Part shown: positions 28,695 to 35,967 of the stretch, one piece after another | Numbering within the stretch: the first letter of the stretch is position 1 | Layout of the letters: each line of letters opens with the position of its first letter | Source: a virus | Taxonomy: Duplodnaviria > Caudoviricetes | DNA length: 64,000 bases | IMG/VR virus record: IMGVR_UViG_3300006169_000009 | Coordinates: 32,001-96,000 of that record | Reading direction: 5' to 3' (one strand) | Program-made: the position numbers and the translations under genes | Notes under the pieces: model-generated | What the model was told of the DNA's origin: nothing | What the model saw: only the letters and a program-made list of their open reading frames with translations | The model's database searches: none

Positions 28695-28877
28695 TCAGCG
28701 CCGACGGCCCTGACAGGTGTTGAGGTGACCCAGCAAGGCCGGGCCGCCGATCTTGATGAACGCCCCGCAGTGCCAGGGGCAGGCCCCGGTAGTGCGCTTG
28801 ATGCCCATCTTCTTCATGTACGCGGCCATCTCCTGGTCAGACTTGGAGCGCGTGCCACGACGGTCGTTTGCGGACAT
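28695..28877 (-). CDS. Small Zn-binding protein
   Basis: CPWHC...HLNTC; GGAAGGA RBS. Confidence 0.65.
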   Translation of the reverse strand: MSANDRRGTRSKSDQEMAAYMKKMGIKRTTGACPWHCGAFIKIGGPALLGHLNTCQGRRR

Positions 28878-28957
28878 TGGCAGTCCTTCCTATGAGTAGT
28901 TACCTACTCATGGAGACCACCAGCCTTTCCAGAGAACACTTGTCTCCTCTCGTGGGA

Positions 28958-29104
28958 CTACTTCTTGCGGCCCTTCTTGGCCTTCGCCTTCTTGGCGTCG
29001 GCGTTGCTGATGGCCGCAGCCTTGGACTTGCTCATGCCCTTGGCCTTCAACGCGTCGTACTCCGAAGGCTTCTTGATGCTCGGGCCGTGATCCTTACCTG
29101 GCAC
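28958..29104 (-). CDS. Small basic protein of an actinobacterial family (MPGKDHGPSIKKPSEYDALKAKGMSKSKAAAISNA)
   Basis: GTG start after GAGGAGAAGG; motif also seen in host-type small proteins. Confidence 0.7.
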   Translation of the reverse strand: MPGKDHGPSIKKPSEYDALKAKGMSKSKAAAISNADAKKAKAKKGRKK

Positions 29105-29138
29105 TGTCCTTCTCCTCTCAGACATGGCCAGTGTAGCG

Positions 29139-29211
29139 AGCCCCTGACAGGATTCGAACCCGCATTTCGCCTGAGTCGTATTCAGGTGCCTCTCCGTTAG
29201 ACTACAGGGGC
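29139..29211 (-). tRNA. tRNA-Arg(ACG)
   Basis: Cloverleaf; anticodon arm CCTGA-ATACGAC-TCAGG. Confidence 0.85.
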
Positions 29212-29212
29212 G

Positions 29213-29286
29213 TGGAGATGCTTCCCGGAGTCGAACCGGGGTGAACGGGTTTGCAGCCCGCCGCCTAGCCTCTCGGCCAAAGCATC
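29213..29286 (-). tRNA. tRNA-Cys(GCA)
   Basis: GCGGG-CTGCAAA-CCCGT; U73; CCA encoded. Confidence 0.92.
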
Positions 29287-29290
29287 TCGG

Positions 29291-29374
29291 TGCAGGGTGA
29301 AGGACTCGAACCTCCAAGGTCAGATGACACCTGGTTTACAGCCAGGGACGCTACCAGTTACGCTCTAACCCTGC
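29291..29374 (-). tRNA. tRNA-Tyr(GTA)
   Basis: CCTGG-CTGTAAA-CCAGG; long variable arm. Confidence 0.9.
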
Positions 29375-29376
29375 GG

Positions 29377-29451
29377 GGTGGCGGACGGCCCTCGAAGCCG
29401 CTAATCGACAGATTCACAGTCTGCCCGCTCGTCCACTTCGCGTTCCGCCAC
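29377..29451 (-). tRNA. tRNA-His(GTG), atypical
   Basis: GCAGA-CTGTGAA-TCTGT; C73; non-canonical T-arm and position 8. Confidence 0.75.
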
Positions 29452-29453
29452 AG

Positions 29454-29524
29454 TGCTCCCAGAGGGATTCGAACCCCCAGTCACGGTGTGTAAGACCGAT
29501 GGTTTGCCGTTAACCGACAGGAGC
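29454..29524 (-). tRNA. tRNA-Val(TAC)
   Basis: TCGGT-CTTACAC-ACCGT. Confidence 0.88.
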
Positions 29525-29595
29525 AAACGGGCTTGGGGTGTCGACTGGTCCCCGCTTCACGGATTCAAACCGATGGACGAGCCCCGCGCCCAACG

Positions 29596-29667
29596 CGGTG
29601 AGTACGGGGATCGAACCCGTGGCCTTCCGGCTGACAACCGGCTGCGCTGCCTCTGCGCCAACCCACC
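29596..29667 (-). tRNA. tRNA-Asp(GTC)
   Basis: GCCGG-TTGTCAG-CCGGA; G73. Confidence 0.88.
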
Positions 29668-29672
29668 TAGCG

Positions 29673-29746
29673 TGGAGAATGAGGGACTCGAACCCTCCAG
29701 GCCGCGATCTTGCAAGGATCGCCCGGGTAACCCGTGCCCATTCCCC
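29673..29746 (-). tRNA. tRNA-Ala(TGC)
   Basis: G3:U70 acceptor; CGATC-CTTGCAA-GATCG; weak D-arm. Confidence 0.8.
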
Positions 29747-29747
29747 T

Positions 29748-29823
29748 TGGCTGATCTGGTAGGACTCGAACCTACAACCCCCTGATTAACAGTCAGGTGC
29801 GCTGCCAATTGCGCCACAGACCA
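29748..29823 (-). tRNA. tRNA-Asn(GTT)
   Basis: CCTGA-CTGTTAA-TCAGG; G73 and CCA. Confidence 0.93.
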
Positions 29824-29828
29824 ATGAG

Positions 29829-29901
29829 TAGCGGTGACGGGATTCGAACCCGTAGTACCCAGATTATGAGTCTGGCGTGTTGCCGATTACACCACACCGC
29901 G
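29829..29901 (-). tRNA. tRNA-Met(CAT)
   Basis: CCAGA-CTCATAA-TCTGG; C1:U72 mismatch. Confidence 0.88.
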
Positions 29902-29906
29902 ATGCG

Positions 29907-29979
29907 TACGCCCAGTAGGACTCGAACCTACAACCCTCTGATTAAGAGTCAGATGCTCTACCAATTGAGCCATAGGCGC
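29907..29979 (-). tRNA. tRNA-Lys(CTT)
   Basis: TCTGA-CTCTTAA-TCAGA. Confidence 0.93.
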
Positions 29980-30077
29980 ATGTTGCTGACTTGCCCAACA
30001 AGGTTGTGCCACGTTGTTGGCGCTTCCGCAGGGCTAGGCACGTTAGAGCCCCCGCACCGACTGTCAGCGAGCCGTCG

Positions 30078-30151
30078 TGTCCTCGGAGGGACTTGAACCC
30101 CCAACCTGCAGGCTCTCGACCTGCCGCCTCTGCCGATTGGGCTACGAGGAC
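30078..30151 (-). tRNA. tRNA-Leu(GAG), short variable arm, C33
   Basis: GCAGG-TCGAGAG-CCTGC; A73. Confidence 0.8.
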
Positions 30152-30228
30152 AAGCCCGGACGTCTCCGGGTCGTTCTCATTACGTCGGGTGGCTCCACAC
30201 CGGCTCGTCAGCCGGGATCACCCGAGGG

Positions 30229-30302
30229 TATCCGTGGAGGGACTCGAACCCCCAACATCTTGATCCTGAATCAAGCGCCTCTGCCAGTTGGACTACACGG
30301 AC
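30229..30302 (-). tRNA. tRNA-Leu(CAG), short variable arm
   Basis: CTTGA-TTCAGGA-TCAAG. Confidence 0.88.
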
Positions 30303-30389
30303 ATGCGTGGGGATACCATTCGCCCCACCACCAGGCTCTACAATCCCATTCCACCTCGGCTCCCGTAGGCTTCGGCCCTGGCCCTTACG

Positions 30390-30473
30390 CGGAGAGAGCA
30401 GGATTCGAACCTGCGGGACGCGAGGCCCACTGAGTTAGCAACTCAGCGCAATAAACCGCTCTGCCACCTCTCC
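30390..30473 (-). tRNA. tRNA-Ser(GCT)
   Basis: CTGAG-TTGCTAA-CTCAG; long variable arm; G73. Confidence 0.9.
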
Positions 30474-30549
30474 TGGACCCCCCAGCAGGATTCGAACCCG
30501 CAACGCCCGGCTTAGAACACCGTCAGTCTATCCGTTGACCTATAGGGGG
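30474..30549 (-). tRNA. tRNA-Arg(TCT)
   Basis: ACGGT-GTTCTAA-GCCGG; CCA encoded. Confidence 0.82.
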
Positions 30550-30553
30550 ATAG

Positions 30554-30628
30554 TGCGCTGCTCAGGGCTCGAACCTGAAACATCCGGGGTTTGAATCCGG
30601 CACCTCTGCCAAATTGGGTCAGCAGCGC
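30554..30628 (-). tRNA. tRNA-Leu(CAA), short variable arm
   Basis: CCGGA-TTCAAAC-CCCGG. Confidence 0.82.
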
Positions 30629-30747
30629 GTGTGCGAGTCTGCAAGCGCACTCGGCGCGTTATCGGTGCTTCACGTACCGTCGTCAGGCCAAAGGCTTCTT
30701 TCCCTCTTCCGTCGAAGAGGATCGAGAACGGTAACTTGCAGACCCAG

Positions 30748-30831
30748 AGGAGGGTAGAGGGTTCGAACCCCTGCCCCGAAGGACACTCCAGTTTTCTAGA
30801 CTGGTCGCCAGCCACTCCAGCAGTACCCTCC
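30748..30831 (-). tRNA. tRNA-Ser(AGA)
   Basis: CCAGT-CTAGAAA-ACTGG; long variable arm GTCC-TTCG-GGGC. Confidence 0.8.
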
Positions 30832-30835
30832 GAAG

Positions 30836-30908
30836 TACCCCCAACGGGATTCGAACCCGTGTTAGCGGCTTGAAAGGCCGCCGTCCTAGTCCACTAGACG
30901 ATAAGGGT
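30836..30908 (-). tRNA. tRNA-Glu(TTC)
   Basis: GCGGC-CTTTCAA-GCCGC. Confidence 0.92.
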
Positions 30909-30909
30909 A

Positions 30910-30985
30910 TGGCAGTCCGTGCGGGAGTCGAACCCGCGTCACCTGGCTGAGAACCAGACATCCTGGGCCACTAGACGAACGGACC
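30910..30985 (-). tRNA. tRNA-Glu(CTC)
   Basis: TCTGG-TTCTCAG-CCAGG; CCA encoded. Confidence 0.92.
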
Positions 30986-31050
30986 AAGTGCTGTGGCTTG
31001 TCGGACCAGAGCATGAGTCAGCAGGCCCGAGTGGACCTCCAACACCGGAG

Positions 31051-31124
31051 TTGGGGTGGCAGGGCTTGAACCTGCGCATCCGTGCTTATCAGGCACGAGC
31101 CTTGACCGACTTGGCTACACCCCA
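31051..31124 (-). tRNA. tRNA-Ile(GAT)
   Basis: CGTGC-CTGATAA-GCACG. Confidence 0.88.
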
Positions 31125-31129
31125 TCGCG

Positions 31130-31201
31130 CTCCTCCCCAAGGACTCGAACCTCGACCGGATGAATCAGAGTCACCCGTGCTGCCAATTACACCAAGGAGG
31201 A
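31130..31201 (-). tRNA. tRNA-Gln(CTG)
   Basis: GGTGA-CTCTGAT-TCATC; U1:A72; G73. Confidence 0.9.
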
Positions 31202-31307
31202 AAGACGCGGACCCATGGCACTACATGGGCTACCCGCTCTGACCACCCCAGGTCTGCACCGTCCTCTGTGCAGTGTTCAGGCGAGGACACCTTGGGGGAG
31301 TGCGCAG

Positions 31308-31381
31308 AGCCTCGTGGAGGATTCGAACCCCCAGCGCGCTGATTACTAAACAGCCGTTCTGCCAGTTGGAACTAACGAGGC
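31308..31381 (-). tRNA. tRNA-Thr(AGT)
   Basis: GCC acceptor start; GCTGT-TTAGTAA-TCAGC. Confidence 0.82.
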
Positions 31382-31455
31382 ATGCGTACCGTGTTCGCGA
31401 AGGGCGGTACAACCCCTCCTCTAGAACGCCGCTTGTGCGACGGTGCGATCATACG

Positions 31456-31527
31456 AGCGCCGCAGGGGACTCGAACCCCCACCCTATGCTTGGAAGGCAT
31501 CGATGCTGCCATTAACACCAACGGCGC
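31456..31527 (-). tRNA. tRNA-Gly(TCC)
   Basis: GATGC-CTTCCAA-GCATA; U73. Confidence 0.88.
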
Positions 31528-31713
31528 GTGTGTCGGGGACGCAGCGCGGAAACGAGGGGCGTGATCAGTCTCTCGCATGGACCTTGCTTCGCCAGGAGGC
31601 AGCGTTGACGCCCCCGACTTTTATCACCATGACCCAACCCTTCGGTTGAGTAGTTGAAGCGCGGAGTGGAAGACATCCGCCGTGGGGGCGTAGTTTGTGG
31701 CCCCGCGCTTCTG

Positions 31714-31786
31714 TGCCGCCCCGAGGACTCGAACCTCGGCCTCCCGGTTTTCAGCCGGGCGCTCTACCTGTTGTCGCTAGAGCGGC
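31714..31786 (-). tRNA. tRNA-Phe(GAA)
   Basis: CCCGG-CTGAAAA-CCGGG. Confidence 0.88.
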
Positions 31787-31845
31787 ATGAGCGGGTCTAG
31801 GGTTGTCGACACTTAGCCCCATCGAGGGGGACTCTAGGCCCGCAG

Positions 31846-31919
31846 TCTGAGTGGGAGGATTTGAACCCCCGACCTCCTGAACCCAAATCAGGCGGCATAC
31901 CTGGCTTGCCTACACTCAG
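31846..31919 (-). tRNA. tRNA-Pro(TGG)
   Basis: CCTGA-TTTGGGT-TCAGG. Confidence 0.9.
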
Positions 31920-31946
31920 ATCGACAGGGCTTGGCAGGCCCTGTCA

Positions 31947-31976
31947 TGGCTCCACTGTTGAGTTCTCAATGTGCAA
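31947..31976 (-). promoter_or_regulatory. rrn-type boxA / conserved leader and leader arm of the 17-bp stalk
   Basis: TTGCACATTGAGAACTCAACAGTGGAGCCA matches the actinobacterial rrn leader consensus TTGAGAACTCAA(C/T)AG. Confidence 0.75.
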
Positions 31977-32022
31977 GTGGTTCGGGCTTCCACCTCCCGG
32001 CTTCTTGCCCGCCCACGAGAAG

Positions 32023-32052
32023 ACCTTAGCGCCGCCCAGTTCGGCCTGTCAA
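32023..32052 (-). promoter_or_regulatory. sigma70/SigA promoter of the tRNA operon
   Basis: TTGACA-N18-TAAGGT. Confidence 0.75.
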
Positions 32053-32064
32053 GAGGTCTTCTAG

Positions 32065-32139
32065 CCCCGGTGTGAGGAATCGAACCCCAGCAGCAAGAGT
32101 TTTGGAGGCTCTCCGTCGTACGCCACCGACTGCACCGGA
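32065..32139 (-). tRNA. tRNA-Trp(CCA), upstream of the operon promoter
   Basis: AGAGC-CTCCAAA-ACTCT (C:A mismatch); G73. Confidence 0.75.
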
Positions 32140-32209
32140 TTGAAGGATGACACTGCTTCGGTTTACCACGGGTCTTACGCGGTCTCTGTGCCTAGAGACG
32201 GCTGCCCTG

Positions 32210-32335
32210 TCAGAACTGGTTCTTGTCCCAGGAGGTCGACGCGAGCATGCCGCCGACCGGTCGGTGACCGGTGGCTTCGCGAATGCTCTCGAACGTCATG
32301 AGACCAGGCTACGCCCACTCCGGCTGTAGTGTCAA
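32210..32335 (-). promoter_or_regulatory. Promoter TTGACA-N18-TAGCCT with a leaderless 29-aa ORF (ATG 32299)
   Basis: -35 at 32330-32335, -10 at 32306-32311, ATG 6 nt downstream: MTFESIREATGHRPVGGMLASTSWDKNQF. Confidence 0.5.
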
Positions 32336-32896
32336 ATGCCAGAGGTCGATCTTCTCCGCGAACTCCTTCAGGCCGGTCACGCGGTACCTCGCAGGCCAGT
32401 CCTCGTTCTCGTTCCAGGGCCGGTTGACGAGGTAGGACGGAACCCCGAACGCACTGACAGCGGTCGTGTTGCGCACGTGGTCGTCTACGAAGGCATCCAG
32501 TCCCAGGTTGTAGGCCACGGCTCCCTTCTTCTGCGTAAAGTGCAGGGAGTCGTGAGGAATCGCCTTCTTGCGCAGCCACAGGCGCGTGTGCTCGCGGATG
32601 AGGTCACCGTCCTGGAAGTAGCCTCGGGCGGTGATCAGGTGGATCTTGTGTCCCCGGCTCTTCATGCGCCGTAGGGCGGCCACGGCTCCGGGTACCACCG
32701 GCAGGTCGAGCAGGTAGCCGCGCAGCAGCGCCTTGTGCAGAGTGTCGTACCAGACCTGGTCCTTGCAGCCGTACTCCTCGTAGGGGGTCCAGGTGCGCGG
32801 GGTGACACCGTTGGTAATACCGGCTTGGACGCAGGCGTCGTGGCTACCGTAGTACCACTCCGCCACGACGTCATCGATGTCGACGCCGATGTGCAT
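32309..32896 (-). CDS. 5'(3')-deoxyribonucleotidase (HAD)
   Basis: MHIGVDIDDVV, LITAR, TRLWL, FVDD. Confidence 0.88.
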   Translation of the reverse strand: MHIGVDIDDVVAEWYYGSHDACVQAGITNGVTPRTWTPYEEYGCKDQVWYDTLHKALLRGYLLDLPVVPGAVAALRRMKSRGHKIHLITARGYFQDGDLIREHTRLWLRKKAIPHDSLHFTQKKGAVAYNLGLDAFVDDHVRNTTAVSAFGVPSYLVNRPWNENEDWPARYRVTGLKEFAEKIDLWHLTLQPEWA

Positions 32897-32897
32897 G

Positions 32898-35757
32898 TCA
32901 GGCTCTCTTCGTCGTGCCCTTCCGGGCGGTGGTGGCAGGCTTGGCCGTGGTCTTCTTGGCGGGCCTGCGGCGCTGCCGTGTCTTGGTAGCGTCCACCAAG
33001 GTAACCACACTGAGGGTGAACTCGTCAATCTTCCACAACTTGCGCCAGCGGATCGTACCGTCAGGAGTGGTGATCTGGATGTACTCGCGCTCCAGTGCGC
33101 CGGAGAAGATCGGGTCGTACAGCGCGTGGGCCTGAGCCAGCGTCTGCACGATGTCGAACGTCTCGCTGGTCCCGTCCTCATACCCGAGATACAGTCGGGT
33201 TCCGGTCAGGGCTTCCATGGCCCCAGGATACTCCTCAGAGGGAGCCGTCGGCTACCCCGTCGATGAAGTGGTCCGGGCTCGGAGGCGACTCGCTACCCTC
33301 CGTAGCGAAGGCTACCCACCAGCGCTTGCGCACAGCGACTTCCTCGGGGTCCATCTCGGCCCCGGCGGCACCATGTGCGAAGTCAGCCAGTCGCATGCCT
33401 CTAGCGTACAGGGTCGACCAGTGAAGGCCGTGGTCTTACAGTCGGCCTGTTCAGGCCAGAGGCTTCAGCAGAGCACGTGCAGTGCCCGCCTCGGTACGGG
33501 AAGCGCTTCGGGCAGCCCTGGAGGTGGAAGGTGACTTCCATCCCCCGTTCCTGCCACGGGGTTTGCTTGGTCGTCATGTAGACCATGGTAGTCCTTTCGG
33601 TCTATGCGCTGATGAAGGTGTCATAGTCGTCAGGCGGCTTTGGTCTACGTCCGCCCTCGATGTACTGGTCAGCCTTCCAGATCCCGCACATGAGAAGCCA
33701 GAACGAAGTGAAGATCAGCGCCACTGCCACCTTACCCAGCAACTCGCTCTGCAGCAGCCCGGCGAACCAGATCACCGCGATCAGCGCGCCCATGGCTACT
33801 GCCGCGAATCCGAAGTAGGGGTTGGTGGGTGGTTCGAAGCGGGTACGGCTAGGGAGTCGGGTTCTCATGAGCCTCTCGTAGTTCCTTCTGAGCATCAACC
33901 ACGGCCTGCAGCGTGATGGCGTTGTTGGCCGCCGTACGCCAGCGCTCGTACCAGAAGTCGCGGTCGTCCTCTAGTTCACTGATGGTGGGCTGGATGGCCT
34001 CTTGGATGGACCGGGCCAGGGTACGGTCGTTGTACCCGGCCTCGAACAGCACCAGGCTCGGGAGGGTCCGAAGGATGGTTTCGGTCAACTCATCCTTGTT
34101 CACCGGCATTGGCACGGTTTACCTTCTTTCGAAGCCACTTGCGCATGAGACGCTCAGGCGTCGGTGTCAGGGCGAGGTGTGCCCACTGGATCCACGTCAT
34201 TGTGATCGTCCTCTCGCAGAAGGCGAGCCTTAACCCTACGGTACGCCTCGATCTTCTCGTCCACGTCGTGTACATCGGGGTTACCCCGCATACGCTCGAA
34301 CCAGGAGATGTCGCGGTCGATCTGCTTACGCAGAGTAGTCACGATCTGACGTACACCGCGCTCGACCTTGTCCTCGTCGTAGTCCGCGATGTCAGGCAGT
34401 TCAGTGGGCCGCCTTAACTTCCGCAGAAGTTTAGGCGACTCCCAGAACGAGCCAGCGTCGAACTCGATGCTCACAGAAGCACCATCCCCAGGACCAGGGC
34501 GATGACTAGCACCGACAGGACGGTCTGATAGACACGAGCGATACGCAGGCTGGTGCGCAGCCGGTCGACCTCACGGGTCTGCAGCGCTACCCGGCTCTGA
34601 GAGGCCAGGTACCGCTCGTTCTCCCGCTTCCAGTTGGCGTGTGCGGTACGACGCTGCCCGCGCATGAAGTTCATCTCGCGAGAGTGCTTCAGCCCAAAGA
34701 CCATCTGGTCGCGGGCGTACTCCTCGGAGAGATCACCTCGCACCTTCCCGAAGTCGTAGACGATGTCGCGGAAGGTCTTGTTGAAGTAGGCGGTCTCTTC
34801 CGGCGGTACGGACGGCAGTGGCTCAGCCATGGGTTTCCTCTCGGGTGGGTGCTACGAGCCTACTGGAGGAATGGTGCTCTGTCCAGGGACGTAGACGGTT
34901 TCAGTAGTGATCCGGCGTACCCGGAACTCCCAGCCGCTGTCGTGACGCTGGCTGAACTCGAAGCGCTGGCTGCAGACCGCAACCGCCTCTTCGTAGTAGT
35001 AGCGCGAATCGGTACCTCGCCACATACGGTGATGCTCGATGTGATCGTTGAGGTTGCGGTGCTCGACCGTGTAGTACTCCTCGCGGTCACTTCCAGCGGA
35101 TTCGGGCGGCGTTGAAGCCTGAAGCATGGTCTCCACCGTGTCCTCTCTTCCTGGTGCAGTAGCGCCACTGCTCAGCGTCGTACATGTCCTCGCAGCGGTC
35201 GTTCATGTGTGGCTGGACGGAGAATGCCATCTCCTGGTCGATCAGGAGGTTCTCGGCCTTGCGAGCCTGCTCCTCCATGTCCTTGGCCCAGGCTTCGAGC
35301 CACTCCAGGAAGGCGAACTCCGACACCAGCGGTAGGGTCTCGGGCTTATCCATACCGCAACGGTAGCGGCTCTCCTACTTGCTGTCTAGGGGTCGTACCC
35401 AGGAAGGGCACGGACATCCGTCGATCCGGCAGAACCCGTGCGGCTGCTGATGGTCGATGCGCTCATGATCGCAGTCGGAGTTCGCACACCGGATCGACCA
35501 GCGTGCGGTCATCCCGTTGGACTTCCTCGTCACTTCGCCGGGACTTCCTCGATTCGAAACACGTCGAGGGTCTTAGGTTCGACCCGGAACTGCTGGGCCA
35601 CATGGTTGATGGCCTTCTGGCCCGCGTCCTTCTCGTTGAAGGCCCACAGGTTGTACGACCCCTGCAAGCCGTCAGGCTCGCTGCTGGGCTCGTACACGAT
35701 GACGCTGTACTCTCTCATGCCACGACTCCTCATCGCCTGCTCGGTGAACGCCAGCAT
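32898..35757 (-). other. Run of small hypothetical CDSs (32898..33218, about 33235..33396, 33401..33586, 33602..33898 membrane, 33849..34115, 34154..34474, 34471..34830, 34852..35136, 35087..35353, 35530..35757)
   Basis: Tightly packed co-oriented ORFs, many with coupled start/stop overlaps. Confidence 0.6.
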
Positions 35758-35967
35758 CTACACAGCGTACCCTCTGTCCGCCTCTGAGAGCCCGCCCCAG
35801 ACGCCGTAGCGCTCCGGGCGGGACATTGCCCAGAAGGCACACTGCGAGCGCTCAGGGCAGCGCATGCAGAGCCTCTTGGCTAAATCTGACTTGCCTCCGG
35901 GCTTGGGGAAGAAGATCTCAGGGTCGGTCTGGGCGCACAGCGCTCCCGGCAGTTCCGGGACGATCAC
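35758..35967 (-). CDS. whiB: WhiB family transcription factor
   Basis: ALCAQTDPEIFFP..AKRLCMRCP....C....ERYGVWGGLSE. Confidence 0.95.
   Translation of the reverse strand: MIVPELPGALCAQTDPEIFFPKPGGKSDLAKRLCMRCPERSQCAFWAMSRPERYGVWGGLSEADRGYAV

Noticed and set aside
30190-30225. Hammerhead ribozyme (CTGACGA on the minus strand)
   Set aside because: No GAAA core after stem II; the CTGACGA lies within a simple GACG-capped hairpin.
30785-30805. Amber suppressor tRNA (CTA visible in the loop)
   Set aside because: In the 7-nt loop CTAGAAA the anticodon positions read AGA; CTA occupies positions 32-34.
29139-32140. Protein-coding ORFs called across the tRNA array
   Set aside because: They overlap well-formed tRNA genes, have atypical composition and have no RBS.
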